Assembly (NCBI GenBank): GCA_010093705.1
Contig: MU006095.1
Coordinates: 558,001-622,000, forward strand
Direction: 5' to 3'
DNA length: 64,000 nucleotides
Source of the DNA: Patellaria atrata CBS 101060
Lineage: Eukaryota
Below are positions 1-13,020 of this stretch, piece after piece; position 1 is the first letter of the stretch; every line of letters begins with the position of its first letter. The position numbers and the translations under genes were made by a program. A model generated the notes under the pieces. It saw nothing but the letters and a program-made list of their open reading frames with translations. It did no database searches and was not told the DNA's origin.

Positions 1-401
1 CACAGTAAAGGATTGCTTGGCACCCTCAGCCTCATTTCAAACTTGGTAAGCCTACAAGGCTGCAAGGTCTCCATCCCCAAAAGATACCCCAAACTCTCTT
101 CACTTACCTTACCTTTACTATACCCATTACCTCTCTTTCACCTTTTCGCCAACCCTTCTGTTTTATCTTGTTTTCTTTTGGTTCTTATCACTCCTCCGCG
201 CGCTTTTTCTGTCACGACCGCCGACGCGCAATACGTGCTTGCGTAAGAGTGTAGCTACCGAGAGCCTCCCCGCTCAATACAGCTCAATCCGAGCTTGCTC
301 TGTCTGTATTTCCTTCATCAGATCAATGTCCCTCTGCGAGTTTGTTTATTAAGAAAGCCCTTGCGCTTCTTTGAGTACATTGTTAGGAGGTTGGTTTCGA
401 A

Positions 402-3400
402 ATGTCACGGCAGCAATACCCTTTTGCGGGTGACGACAGCGCGCCGTCTCCGCTGTAAGTTTGCATCTGATCGCCACCTGATCCTGTGAGCGAGGATCTA
501 ACTTGAATGACAGAGATCAAAGGCCGCCAAATCCATTCCCTACCGGACAGCCTCCATCTTTCAAGACAAATGTCAATCGCATGAAGACTAAGAGATGGGT
601 TGAAGCGAAGTCGTATTCTTACGATGGAGATGACTGGGGAGACGAATATGATGACTACGACGAGCCCGCTCTACCCCTAAAACCGACAGGTTTGAGGCAG
701 CAAGGCCATGCAGGCGGCGCTGGAGAACCCTCCCGTAGCTTTACAAACCCAGAGGCCCAAGGACGGCCGCCGGTACCACGGAAAAACTCTTTTGAGGCTG
801 GTGATGAGCGACGTACATTCTCATTGACATCTCCACAAAGCTCGCAAGGCTTTACTCGGCTCCCGCAAGTTGACACCACGAGATCATCTTCTGAGAATTA
901 CATACCTATCCCTAGTGGGGTTACACCAGCGTCTGGTATACCTCAACAATCACAAGGACCATATACTCAGTCCAATCGTGTCGCTAGTGCTGCGAGCTGG
1001 GTCGCACCCTCAGAAGTGAGTGAGACAACTTCTACGGGAGATCCACAACTACGTAGGGACTTCTCGCCGTCCGCGCTTCCACCTCCGCTACAAACTCGAA
1101 TGTCACCTCCTCCGGGTGTTGGCCACCAACCTCCTCCAACCAGCTTCCCACCACGAAAGAGTAGCATCGGCCAGCAATCTCCGTTAGCTCAAGCTCCGCC
1201 ACCTTTATCATCTGCAGCTGAACCATCTGTCGAACAGCGGGATCGTTCCAATAGTAACCCAGCAAAAGCGCCAGCATTCATTCGACCGGCGGACATCTAT
1301 AAACGCATCGAGGCAGAGCGCCAAAAGGAGCGTGCATCGCTCGACACGGAACGTCCCAGCCTAGACACCCTACGAGGACGTCCGACAGATGAGAGTTCGG
1401 AGGATCAGAAGCGAGCAGAGAGCGCAGGACGGAGCGGAGCTCGTACTAGTTTAGATCGTGTAGATGAGAGCCATGAGATTCAACACCAGCTCCCGCCGCT
1501 AGAAACTGTCGCTGAACGGAAGAGCGAATACATGCCTACCTATTCCGTTGAGGGGTCCAGTGAGGCAGCTGGCGCTGGAACGGGGACAATTGACCCAACC
1601 ATGTCAAGGCATGAAACTCGAGCCGATAACTCATCGCATCAGCGCTCTGACTCTGACTGGCAACCAACACTCCCTCCAGTCAGTAGGATGTCCACTTTCG
1701 GTGATGACTTCTGGAAATCCGGACATTCTCGGGAACAGAGTGTAGATACTACAACTACTCCAGTACCTGATTCTGCGCCAAAGGATGCTGCTGGCCTTCA
1801 GCATCAACCATCTCTCGGATTTAAATCAGTTGTCCATCAAGCATTTGATAGGAAGGATGATTCGTCTGTTCCCCCTACTCCTGTGTCACGTCTAGCATCT
1901 GGCGATGAAGGTGGTGTCTCGAGGAGCAACACGAATAGTACGACTGGCATAAGCCCCATTATCAGTCGGGTACCAAGCACTGCTGTTAGAGCGCGTGATA
2001 ACGCAACTCCTGCAATTGAAGAAGAGCCTGTTGATCCAACCATATCCAGGTCTCGCCCAAACTCCGGATTCTACCCTCCTGGAGTTCAAGTGGCTCGGAA
2101 ACCCTCTCCAAATCATTCCCGCAACGTGTCGTCGGAGTCTGCTAATTTCACACCCGGTTACCGGCGTGACTTGAACACACCAAGTCCTAATAATAGCCCC
2201 GCAAGGTCTCCAGCAATCGGAACGAGCCTGGAATTTCCGGTACCAGTAAGGGGTGAGCTATCGAATACCGGTCATATTGACTCTATCAAGAAAAATCTGC
2301 CTTCAAACCCGCAAGCCTATGCAACAAGAGAGGCGGATTTAGCTCACGATATTAATGCAAGCCCCGAGCATGGACCCAAATTATTCATAGATACCGTGAA
2401 GCAATCGCAGATCGGTTTTCTCGAGACACATAAGAGTCCGCCGTTGGATATCTGCCCTACCCAGGCGCCGAGTAACGCTATTCCGCGGGCTGAGTCGCCC
2501 TCTAAAGGAAGGGTTGCCGATCTTGCTGGGAAGTTTAATCAGATTGACTCTCGACGTAACTCAACAAACTCAGTGGGATCTAGACATAGCATTGACTCGT
2601 GGGAGAGGGAGAGTGTCAACGAGCTTCCATCCCGCAAGGGAAGCCCTTCTAAACAGCTTGCTCCGGCATTCGAACCTACCGCGCAACAAGCCGAACGCCC
2701 AACGTCGGCAAGAGAGCAGAGCTTCCGACCTAAGCTACCAGGACAATGGGAGTCTTTTGCGACAACTGTAGATTCCCCCACTCCGACCGAGCAAGAGCAT
2801 GGTCAAGGATTGTTCTTGAATGAAAATGTTTCACCCTCCATTGCACCACCGATAGCTCAACAAGCTGCAACACCCGTCGAGGTTTCGAATCATGTAAATG
2901 AGGATCTTGATATTGCTCCGACTACGACGAAACATCCTGCTGCTGCGCCGGAAGAGACGAAGGAGAAATCCCCGAGTTTTACCGAAAATCCAATGGCAGC
3001 CTTGGCAGCAGCTGGAGCGGCGATGGGCGATGCCATCAAAGCTTCGGTTGGTTTTGATCATTCTGACGAAGACAGAGGATCACAATCAGAGGTCAATAGA
3101 ACCGTTACAGACGTTCCTGAAACTTCTAAAGATGGTCAAGCTAAGGGTCGCTTCGTCGGCGACATTTATATTCGTCCCCTCACTCTGGACAGGACTGCAT
3201 CTTCAGTCGCTTCTAGCAGCCCTCCCACTCCTCCTCCAAAGGACGAAAGCAACAAGACGATATCCAATATTCATTCTGAAGAAAGCAAACTTCCTTCAGG
3301 TCTTACTAGCAAGGATAGTCATGAGCCGATGATGTTTAACACCTCACCGTCACTTGGGCGTCCACCTATTCTATCTCAGCTTAGTACAGATTACTCGCCA

Positions 3401-4747
3401 AATGATGAAGAGAGTGACAGGTTACGAAAAGAACTTGTTCGTACTCTGAGTCCTATTAAATCTGAGAATGATGGGAAACATAATGCTGGTCCGGCTCTAG
3501 CGCACCTGACAGTCGAGAACACATCGCAACCGGTCAACAGAGAGAGCTCTATACTGCCGGCAGAGTATGACACTTACTGGGCTGGTAAATTTGACGATTC
3601 AGAGGATGATAGCACCACACCTGTAAAGCGTTCCCTGGAGACAACTAGGGCTCCACCTGCGATTCAGGTGCCATCTTCTATCGCTACTGATACCCATCAG
3701 TTATCAAATCAGCGTCCAGAGGTTCCGCACGAACAACCAAGCTCAGCTGCTAGCGTTTCGGAAATCTCAAGATCTGAGGCCCGATTCAGCTGGGAGACAG
3801 GTACAGAACAGCTCAATCAGCCCTCGATTGCTAGCACTTTAGGGAGTCCAGCGCCAGTTAGCTCAACATATGATCAGGTTGCTTCAGCAACGGCTGAATC
3901 ACCAGCACACTCCGAGTCACCCGCTGATCGAAGTTTTGATGAAAAGCTACCTGCTCCGTCCGACGAACATCCGGCTATGCGGGATACTTCGGTCCTTGCA
4001 ACTCATCCTCAAACGGAAGCGGAAATCATATCACATGTGCCACCACCTGTCAGCAAAGTACCAGATGATCAACGAGCTTCTAGGGAAGGTTTGCACGTTG
4101 TAAATGCCGAACCAGGCGAAGTCCCCGATCCTGAACCTCCCGCCCAGGTATTCCAATCTGGGCATTCAGAAGACGCAAATCCCGCTGTGGATAATCACAA
4201 ATCTCTTCCTTCACATCATTCGCGAGTTGTGCCACTCGGTTTCCGCGAAATTTTAGCGTTGAAGTCTACCGCGGAACGTATAACTACCTACAACAAGACA
4301 CGCGAACAATTTGCCGGCATGGACACTGGTATTCATCATTGGATCAATTCTACAATTGCAAATCAACCAGAGCACGCATATTTGGCATCTCTTCCTCTTA
4401 GACCAACCGTCACGACAACGGGCCTCACAGGAACAGGAAAACACAAGTCATCCCCCTCCATATCGCGGTTTAATAAACATAGTCCCGGAAGTGGTCAAGC
4501 ATCTGGCTCCCATGGCCAACAACCCTTCGATTCTACAACATCTTCTCCTGCCGTAAACCATCCACCGCAGAGCCAATATAGCACGCCTAGTCCAAGTGGT
4601 AATAAGCTAAGTGGCCATCAAATGCAAGCTAAACTTCTCAAGAATGCTAGCGTTTTAGGTGGAAAGGCCACAACTGGCGCCAAAGGTCTGTTCGCGAAGG
4701 GAAAGAGTAGATTTAGGAGCTCTGGGTCTGAGAAGGTAGATCATTAA
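402..4747 (+). CDS. Large low-complexity (Ser/Pro-rich) fungal protein of unknown function, short isoform; exons 402-454 and 514-4747
   Basis: The 1414-aa ORF has no ATG at its start. ATG 402 plus a GTAAGT...CTAAC...CAG intron (455-513) joins it in frame (MSRQQYPF...SPL-DQRPPNPF). Motif-like islands are KTKRWVEAKSYSYDGDDWG, FIRPADIYKR and C-terminal KGLFAKGKSRFR. Confidence 0.85.
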
Positions 4748-5076
4748 CTTTCCCTTTCGAGTTAAACAGTCTATTTGTTTCGTCTTTGTTGCTTTGATTG
4801 TACGAACATCTTAATATAAAATGGCGAATCTGCTTTCGTCTATGGATATAAATGCCTCAGACATGGTCGGGTTTCGAAATAAACGTGGGATACCGGCTGG
4901 AGCGTTCTGTTCATTTACACTGTTTATGCATTTTCCTTCCTTTTCTCATGATTTGATGCGTCTCTTAATGATTTCATACCACATGTAGCGCTAGGGTCAC
5001 TGTCATCAATGTCAATCCACTTTTCACAATGGTTCCTACTGGATGAATGTGTATATTGATGCCTTCTTGTCCATAG

Positions 5077-8000
5077 GACTTCCTACCCCAGCGCCACCAT
5101 TCGATATCCTCGTTCGACATCGCCCATAATAGATCCCCCAGCGTTACAGATAAGAAGAAGAAAAGGCTCTCGTCTCCCTTTAGTCGCCGATCTCAATCAA
5201 GACCCACTAGCATCGTGCTCCCGATCACTACAGATTTCTCGGATTTTGAGCGAAATACACCGATGAGTGAAGGTGCGGTCGGCAGGCATAGAACGTCGTA
5301 TATCGATACTGGAAGGGTTGAATCGTGGAATCTACCTGAGCCACCGCCAATCCCAGATACGGATGACATCGACCGACTCGGCGTTTTACCAAGCCCCGCT
5401 ACGGAGCATTTCAAGCAGGAATTCAATGTTTCGGCAGAACAGCGTCTAAACGCGGTCGAAAAAGAGGAGAGAATTCTGCAATCTGTCGTTAGAAATTCAA
5501 CACCGAATATGAGTCGAAGCCAGACTCCAGACCTGAATCAGGGTCAAAGCAAGCACGAGCGAAGAATCAGTGTGGGTACGGTTGGAACGGGCTCCGAACT
5601 GAACTGGCCACTCGGTGACGTTAGTGCGAAAGAGTTGAGAGAAGTGAGGCGGAGTGTTGATATTCCTGTACCACCGCTACCCCAAGTCGAGGTCAAACTT
5701 AAATCTTTCGATGCTGATGACTCAATAACCGATAGCCCGGGTGATGACGTTCTGCCACATTCGCAAGTACATGGTGATGTAGCTCGTTCTGACTCCCCTA
5801 AGACAGTGTTATCTGGAGAGGAAGAATCTACTGATCTCCAAGCACGGCCGCGACTACAATCTCGCAACCCTCTTACTCGTTCTGGTACACATGCTGTATC
5901 TTCCCTGAGGTTGGATAATTCCGCCGTTCAATCACAACCATCAAAGTCTCTCGTCCGTTCTGCTACTCTCGGGACGGTGTCCTCCATTGAATCTCCTGAG
6001 CTTGGCCGCTCATATACACATAAAACTGTGTCAGAGATGGCTCTCTCGGATGGCATCCCTCCGGTGTCTGAGGTCAGTGCTACAGCAACAACACCGAAAC
6101 TTGCGGCCCTATCTCAACCACCAAGCCGGGTCTCCACCCCTGATTCCTGGGAGGGGAAAAGGGAACAAACACTTACTGAAGAAAATCTAAAAGAGTTGTT
6201 GGAGGGCCGGCATCCTATTCGGCATCCGTCGTTATCTAGCCTGGGGGCGGAAGATCGACCTGATTACCACACAGAAACAGGAAATAATCTTCGCATACCA
6301 GGTGCTTTTCTCGAAACTCCAGCCGGTGAGCTGGAGGAGTCTTTCCACGATGACCTGCACCCCGTAGCCTCAGAATCAGCAGAAATATCTACGGCCGAGG
6401 TCCAAACCGTCAAGTATACGTTAGCCACTCCAACTTCTATAACTTTGGAGTCTCCCAGCAACCGTACTGGGTTGAAGACGTCACCAATCAACCAAGAACC
6501 TGCCAGCGTTGATAATCAATCACCACCACATGAGCAGCCTACGGCTTCGACGCCTGAACGGGTTACTTTAAGGAGGTACAATACCAATGATCTTTATGGT
6601 GAGACTCCCGTCGTCAGTCCAGTGCGGAATAGTTTCTTGGAAAGAGAAAAAGAAGTAGAAACCAATGGTCCAAACATCGAACCTCGTCCCGCAACTCCAG
6701 ACCGTCCGATGTCTTTTGTCATGCTTCCACGTGATGGGGGTGTCCCACAGGATCGAATAAACCGGGATAGTGATAGCAGCGATGATGATGATGATGATGA
6801 TGATGACTTTGAGAAGATTGAACATGCCAAGCAATTTGAAGCAACTTCCCAGCAACTATCTCCAGAACCAAATCAAACGCAAGGCGACTCATACAATCAT
6901 CAGCGCGGGGTTTCAGGTGTTACTGAACATCCCGGACGCGCATCATTTGGTAAGGCCCAGTGGACTGGATTTGCTCATCCCTCCAAAGAAATGTCTGATA
7001 CTTCAACAATTCGACCCGATAGACGCTTTTCTGGAGGTAAGCCTCACTTTCCACATATCCACGATCCAACGTTAGTTCCAAGAACAAGACCCCCAATACC
7101 CGAAACCGGCACTGCAAGCATCGAGATGAAATCGGTTTCCCAACAAGATGGCGGTAGAATGATGTCGCCTCAAGTCATCGATCCTCGTAAATCTTCTCCA
7201 GAGTATCAGCTTCCTGGAATAGGACCACCTTCAGCACCATCGGTTGACACCGCTCAGCAGCAGCGCCCGCCTTCTCTGCTTCAGACAATTAGTAATAGGG
7301 CTACGTCGACATCGTCTTCAGCTCCCGCTCCTCCTAAGAATGATAGGATAAATCCTGAACTTACAAGTTCCGCACACCTCGATGTAGGTTATCCTTCCGT
7401 CTCTACTCTAGAAGATCACGCCATGGAGAAGAAGAAGCGCAAGTCTTCATTCTTTAGTGCATTCAATCAACCACCTGTTTCGAGTGGCGAGTCGCAAAGA
7501 AGCAAGGAAAGCACATCTGTGCAACCACCGCAGACTTCTGCTTCAAATATCTCGGACATGTTAACGGACCTTCCAGAGGCTAAAGGGAAGAGTATATTCC
7601 CGTTTGGCAGTCCCACACGTTTGTCTACCGAAGTACCAGAAGGAAAGAAGAAGAAAAGGTCATCTATCTTTAGTGGCATATTCGGAAGAACGAGCGCATC
7701 TACTTATGCTCTCAAACCAAGCAAGTTGCTAAAGTCTGAACCAAAAAAGGAAGAAAAACAACAGAAGCAACAAAAGCCTGTAGCTGTACCCCGACCTTCG
7801 GGTTCATATCAACAGGTATTCCCTCAGCCGCCACGACTGTCCTTCGGCTCGCAGCCGCCGAATCAACAGCAAGGGTTTCAGCAGAGACACTCGCCTGGTC
7901 CCTCTGCTCCTTCTCAACAGCATGTTCACGAACAGACAACTCAACCAGACTTTCGCCCCAAGGTTACACAAGAGGGCGACCAAAATCGGATTCTAACAGG

Positions 8001-11000
8001 ACCGCCTGGTTCAGCATATGAGACTACGCGACAACAGTATCAATTACAATGCACTCCCACTACCCAAGGCGAAGGTCGTCGTTCTGTTTCTATGCCTATC
8101 TCACCCCCGGCGAATGCTACTAGTTCTCCTTCACGTTCTGAAGCCTATCCACCCCTAGGAGGATATTATGCACCTCCAAATTTCCAAACTGCGCAAGGAT
8201 ATCCGGACGAGAAAATGATTCTGAAGGCCATAGCTGCACAGGAGCAGTCTTCTAAGCAAACTGCGCGGCAACAGCAAGAAACTGCTATGACCAGACGACG
8301 TTCTTCGCCGGCTGGATCCAGTGAATGGCAATCTCGTCATAATTCTATGGGACTCGGTGGTACTACCATACCTGAAGAACGCAATGCACCATCGGAGGAG
8401 GACCAGCGGTTCCGGCCGGAGCAGATCCAGCGTGCCTACACCGATGCTCCCAATGGCTACAATTACTCACAAAGCAGCGATAGGCATATCCCACCATCTA
8501 ACCCACAAAGTACGCAAGTTTCTGCACAACAAGCACTAGAACCTTCTCGGACAACTGAATCGCAGCCAAGTGATCCACGCAATCAAGTATCGGCTCAGAG
8601 CATGACTTCAGAGGCTCGCGGCCCTGTTCCTCAATGGCGAATTGAAGAAGAACCGGAGCAGTCAATCATGAAGGTTAACCCTAGAACTTCTGAAAAAATT
8701 GAAAAGGGAATTCAGGATGATAACTCTCATTCCTCAAACGTGCATAGATGTCAGTCCTCTGAACAGATACATCTACCCCTTAGTGTGCGCCATGAATCTA
8801 CGGACTCGTCGTTTGGTGAGCGCATAATTTCTCAAATTTCGATGCAGTCCCTTGGAGAATCGCAATCGGGAGCTCCTGACCAATCGGGATCTCGGTCTAG
8901 CAGCACTTCGACGATGGTTTCACCAATATCTTCTAGAGGATCGATTCCGCATCTTCAAAGCTTAGTTGGCGGTAAACTCCAGGGACAGAGGATGGGGAGC
9001 ATCAGTGAGGGTGGAGCCGCTTCTACACGAAATCAATCGGAACAACAAAGACCTTGGAGCGTGGAATTTCCCCCAGAAGATGATGAGGATAGGAAAGACA
9101 AACTAGGTTTCCCGAGAAGGCTCCCTTCCTCTCAACACCCATCGCAACAACATCGACATCAAATGGAGCAGAAAAAATTACCAAATCCACAATCCTCTAC
9201 ACAACAATCATCTTTGGGTCCGCAATCGGGAGTGCAGCAAGCTTCTCCAATAAATCATCAGACAAGTTTACAAGCTCTGGAGGGGACTATACAGCCTTCA
9301 GTTTCATCTCAACCGGTTACTACTCCACAAACTTCAGCACAAAATCCTCCTGTACCTCCCAAGGATATGGCATCAAATCTTTCCCTATCACTGCAACCCC
9401 CGGTATCTCAAAGCGGTACAGATACATCGGAGGCAGAGCGAATCAGAGCCGAACTAGAACGTGTTCGTGCCAAGTTGGCATCTGTTAGAAATACTCCTCA
9501 GACTGGACTGACTGTACCCGAACAACAACAGCTTAGAGTTGAAGATCCAACCCGAATGAGGGATCGAACGCCATCACCGTTAAGCCAAATTCTGGTTGAT
9601 CCTAGGTATCAACAAAGTCATTCTCCGCCGCAGCAGCAACTTTCACCCGACCTCAGATATCATCAATCCGGGATGACACTTCAGCCCTATCAGACACCCG
9701 ACCCTAGATTACAACAACGTATTCTATACGCTGATCGAAGGGGACAAAATGCGCCTCAGCAACAACAATACGTTGTGTCTCCACACCGCCAACCTTCTCC
9801 TAATGCGCCGTCTCACCCACAAACTATGATTGGCCACTACCAGACGCAACCTCAGGTTCGACAGAGTAATGATCCGCGCTATCAATCACCATCTCCGCCA
9901 CAACAGCAGCGCCCAACTTTACCCACAATTCGATCAGGTACTCAGCAGCCTCGGTTAATTGTACAGGAGCAATACTACACGCCACTCTCTATACCATTAC
10001 CATCACAGCGTACACAGTCTCAACAATCAATTTCTCCACCACAATCTTCCCCGCAACCCAGTCCTCAGCTGCCAACTCCTCAGAGGCAATCTCCCGACCA
10101 AGGCTCACAGCAGCATACTCAAATTCATCAACGAGTCCCTAGTACAGCTCCATTACCCATACGGATAAATCTACCTGATACTTCAGTCTCTAACGTTCGA
10201 CCACCAGCTGCATATCCTCTCCCCATCTCACCACCGGATGCAGATATAAGGTCTCCAGTCGACCCGCGTGCAAAAGCACTTCCTCCACCTCCACCGCCAA
10301 CAACAACGTTGCCCCCAAGCGCACCAATGAACTTAATCAATGCGCATAGCTCATTACGAAGCCAGGGCATTAATCCCATGACGGTAGAAGGGAGGAAGGC
10401 CTACGAAGAACAATTGGAGTTATTGCGGCAGCGACGACAGAAGCTAGAGGGCGAGGTTTTAGCTGCGGGTGGATCTTCTAATCAGAAAGACAGCGAGACT
10501 CAAATTGCGAATGTCCCATCGCAACCCAGCGTCCAGCAGGGTGAGCAACAGGCTGGCACCGCTACAGTCACAGAGCAAGCCCAAAGCGAGAAGCAACAAA
10601 GACAGCGCGAACGCGAAGCAAAACGAAAGCGCATCGAGCAAGAATCAATGTCCTCGCAGCCCACATCGTCGCAGCACCCTGTTCCTCAAGCTCAAGCAGA
10701 GGTACAGAGGTCGGTTCAACAACCTCAAGGATTCCAACAACCGCCGATCAATAAGAATATCAAACCTCTACTTCCTCCACTCCAACCTTTCAGTCCGATA
10801 GACTTGCCTTCTGGTTATCAGTTTCCGACTCCAGGCTCGGCGACACCAGCTGCTAGTGGTCAAGGCCCGTTCAAAAATCACGTCCAAGGCATTGTACATA
10901 TTCAGAACCCGCAGCCGGGAGCAGCCGGTGAAGATAGCTCACCGAAACAAAAGCAACAAGCTCACGCTTCCCGTAAAGACTCGGTGCAGACTCAGTCTCA

Positions 11001-11424
11001 GCAGCGGACCCTAACGGATATGATACCTAAGTCACCTGCTCCTGAACAAACGGTAGTTACGGCACCGGCCCCTGCCCCTCCTCTATTGCGGGAGTACGAA
11101 GACGTCTCTCCACCGGCACCAAGTGCATCATGGGGCATTGGCACCTCGTCTCCAACACCTCCTGTTGAGTCAGCACAGCAATCGAGGTCTCACCTCACGT
11201 CTCCGACCCTAGGATATACACCAAGTGTTGCTGTCCAACAGCAGCTTCAACAACAGCAACATGGACACGGAGAGTTAGGGCCAAACTTTCACGTCTCGGA
11301 GCTCGATGGGGCGGCGACCATGGTGCCGAGACCGAAGACACCAGATGAGGAGGAAGAGGTTGTGATGATGGGAGTTAGTTATCCCGGAATGGAATGGACG
11401 CCTATGTGGGATGGGGAATATTGA
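5077..11424 (+). CDS. Giant Gln/Pro/Ser-rich disordered coding region; either the last exon of the 402 gene or a separate gene from ATG 5263
   Basis: More than 2100 open codons start directly after a CATAG acceptor ending at 5076. It ends with MMGVSYPGMEWTPMWD, resembling a SYPGxEWxP tail I recall from uncharacterised fungal proteins (not verified). Confidence 0.8.
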   Translation, partial: DFLPQRHHSISSFDIAHNRSPSVTDKKKKRLSSPFSRRSQSRPTSIVLPITTDFSDFERNTPMSEGAVGRHRTSYIDTGRVESWNLPEPPPIPDTDDIDRLGVLPSPATEHFKQEFNVSAEQRLNAVEKEERILQSVVRNSTPNMSRSQTPDLNQGQSKHERRISVGTVGTGSELNWPLGDVSAKELREVRRSVDIPVPPLPQVEVKLKSFDADDSITDSPGDDVLPHSQVHGDVARSDSPKTVLSGEEESTDLQARPRLQSRNPLTRSGTHAVSSLRLDNSAVQSQPSKSLVRSATLGTVSSIESPELGRSYTHKTVSEMALSDGIPPVSEVSATATTPKLAALSQPPSRVSTPDSWEGKREQTLTEENLKELLEGRHPIRHPSLSSLGAEDRPDYHTETGNNLRIPGAFLETPAGELEESFHDDLHPVASESAEISTAEVQTVKYTLATPTSITLESPSNRTGLKTSPINQEPASVDNQSPPHEQPTASTPERVTLRRYNTNDLYGETPVVSPVRNSFLEREKEVETNGPNIEPRPATPDRPMSFVMLPRDGGVPQDRINRDSDSSDDDDDDDDDFEKIEHAKQFEATSQQLSPEPNQTQGDSYNHQRGVSGVTEHPGRASFGKAQWTGFAHPSKEMSDTSTIRPDRRFSGGKPHFPHIHDPTLVPRTRPPIPETGTASIEMKSVSQQDGGRMMSPQVIDPRKSSPEYQLPGIGPPSAPSVDTAQQQRPPSLLQTISNRATSTSSSAPAPPKNDRINPELTSSAHLDVGYPSVSTLEDHAMEKKKRKSSFFSAFNQPPVSSGESQRSKESTSVQPPQTSASNISDMLTDLPEAKGKSIFPFGSPTRLSTEVPEGKKKKRSSIFSGIFGRTSASTYALKPSKLLKSEPKKEEKQQKQQKPVAVPRPSGSYQQVFPQPPRLSFGSQPPNQQQGFQQRHSPGPSAPSQQHVHEQTTQPDFRPKVTQEGDQNRILTGPPGSAYETTRQQYQLQCTPTTQGEGRRSVSMPISPPANATSSPSRSEAYPPLGGYYAPPNFQTAQGYPDEKMILKAIAAQEQSSKQTARQQQETAMTRRRSSPAGSSEWQSRHNSMGLGGTTIPEERNAPSEEDQRFRPEQIQRAYTDAPNGYNYSQSSDRHIPPSNPQSTQVSAQQALEPSRTTESQPSDPRNQVSAQSMTSEARGPVPQWRIEEEPEQSIMKVNPRTSEKIEKGIQDDNSHSSNVHRCQSSEQIHLPLSVRHESTDSSFGERIISQISMQSLGESQSGAPDQSGSRSSSTSTMVSPISSRGSIPHLQSLVGGKLQGQRMGSISEGGAASTRNQSEQQRPWSVEFPPEDDEDRKDKLGFPRRLPSSQHPSQQHRHQMEQKKLPNPQSSTQQSSLGPQSGVQQASPINHQTSLQALEGTIQPSVSSQPVTTPQTSAQNPPVPPKDMASNLSLSLQPPVSQSGTDTSEAERIRAELERVRAKLASVRNTPQTGLTVPEQQQLRVEDPTRMRDRTPSPLSQILVDPRYQQSHSPPQQQLSPDLRYHQSGMTLQPYQTPDPRLQQRILYADRRGQNAPQQQQYVVSPHRQPSPNAPSHPQTMIGHYQTQPQVRQSNDPRYQSPSPPQQQRPTLPTIRSGTQQPRLIVQEQYYTPLSIPLPSQRTQSQQSISPPQSSPQPSPQLPTPQRQSPDQGSQQHTQIHQRVPSTAPLPIRINLPDTSVSNVRPPAAYPLPISPPDADIRSPVDPRAKALPPPPPPTTTLPPSAPMNLINAHSSLRSQGINPMTVEGRKAYEEQLELLRQRRQKLEGEVLAAGGSSNQKDSETQIANVPSQPSVQQGEQQAGTATVTEQAQSEKQQRQREREAKRKRIEQESMSSQPTSSQHPVPQAQAEVQRSVQQPQGFQQPPINKNIKPLLPPLQPFSPIDLPSGYQFPTPGSATPAASGQGPFKNHVQGIVHIQNPQPGAAGEDSSPKQKQQAHASRKDSVQTQSQQRTLTDMIPKSPAPEQTVVTAPAPAPPLLREYEDVSPPAPSASWGIGTSSPTPPVESAQQSRSHLTSPTLGYTPSVAVQQQLQQQQHGHGELGPNFHVSELDGAATMVPRPKTPDEEEEVVMMGVSYPGMEWTPMWDGEY
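6780..6806 (+). repeat. (GAT)n microsatellite encoding poly-Asp
   Basis: About 8 tandem GAT units inside the ORF (SSDDDDDDDDDF). Confidence 0.9.
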
Positions 11425-13020
11425 TATCCTTGGAAGGAACCGTTTTTTTTTTCCCACGTCAAAATATTTCTTCCAGGAAGATGTGTTGGTGATGAGGTTC
11501 TTTATATGCTTCTACTGTACAAATTTCCCTCATTTTAACTTACTTTTCATTGTGTCTATTTCTCGGAGCAAGCGCGGCGTTCTGGACAGCAGCTATAGTG
11601 AAAGCTTCGGATATCTGTGTCGGTAATTTTGTCTTCCTTCTGGTTTATGCACATTTTCCTGGATGTTTTATTCCCCTGCTCGTTCGAGAGATACCACACT
11701 TGTCGTTTATTGCATCAAAATATCTACTTCTATGTTTATTGTACATACCTTTTGTATTTCGTTGACATCTTTAAGAAGAAGACATAATAATGACTGCATT
11801 AACCTTCAATCTTCTTTCCCGAGTCGCTTGATTGCCCTCGTCGGCGGTAAGGTTAATGAATATTTTATCACACAATAGTACAGAACGATTTACGGATATA
11901 AGTACGAGAAATACTAACGATTGACGTGTTACCGGTACGTGTACGAGTACGAATAAACTGAAGATGCTCACTCAACCTTATGAGCTTGCTGGCTGAGCTT
12001 GGATGGCTTAGCGTGCTTAGGTTGCTTAGCTAAGTCTTGTTTACATTAGTACTTCGATGATTTTTGGACTAGCGTGCAAATCTTTGTATAACTCCCTCCC
12101 TTGCTCCGCTTGGTGCGACGGGACGTGATAGCATGAGCAGGGAATTTAAGTCCGCGATATCTTACTATATTAATTTCTGATAAGCATTTCTAACCTCAAT
12201 CCGATGACGGGAGCTTGTATGTGATGAAATCCAATGCAAAGAAGATGGGTATTGTACTGTACAGTTCACGTACGAAGCCGATGGCGAAAAACGGTCGCGG
12301 CGACTACCTTACAGCTGTTCATCAAAGTGTCAGGCATGTACTCAGAATGTGATACCATCGACCATGTCTCGGCATACAGTACGGATCTGTACTGTTGTGA
12401 TTACGATGGTGCGCTTCATACAATTAAGTTACGGCTTTCCTAGTCCAAGTCTGGAATCTGTACGAGCCAGTTGATTATACATCCCATTTTTTGTCCCCTT
12501 CGGGGTTTTATACAAGTAAGTAGGGTTGTATATCGTATATTGCTCCTGCAGAGATGTGCAGTACGGTAAAAGTGCCGCGGAATTATTACCTTACTTAATA
12601 TTGCTTGTGCGACCATCCTTTTGGCGGGGAGCTTCTACCTAAGTACAGTACTAGAGTACATCGTCATTACCTTACTTTTCTTGTTTCTCCGTGTCCTTTG
12701 CTCTACCTACTGTTCTCTATCCTAAGGCAGCTCTTCAATTGGTTTCTTGGGCTCGGTTTCAATAAAGCCGCTTGTCCATTGCCCGTCACTCAGTTCCGTC
12801 AGTCCTCGCGATTTTATCTCTTGTTACCGAGTACAGAAGTCCTTTAACAGCAATTGGTTTTCGGACCAACTGGGTAAGTGTACAAACTCAAGTGAAGAAG
12901 GAGCTACCTCCAGTATCCTGACCACCTTGGCATAAAGGCGGCCAATCTAGTTTTATATCTCTCCCCCCCTTCAGACATCTCTACTCTCTTGCATCTCTCC
13001 TGTTCAAACACACCACGAAG

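Noticed and set aside
655..11457. Many short overlapping and antisense ORFs within the giant genes
   Set aside because: Shadow ORFs expected from low-complexity coding sequence.
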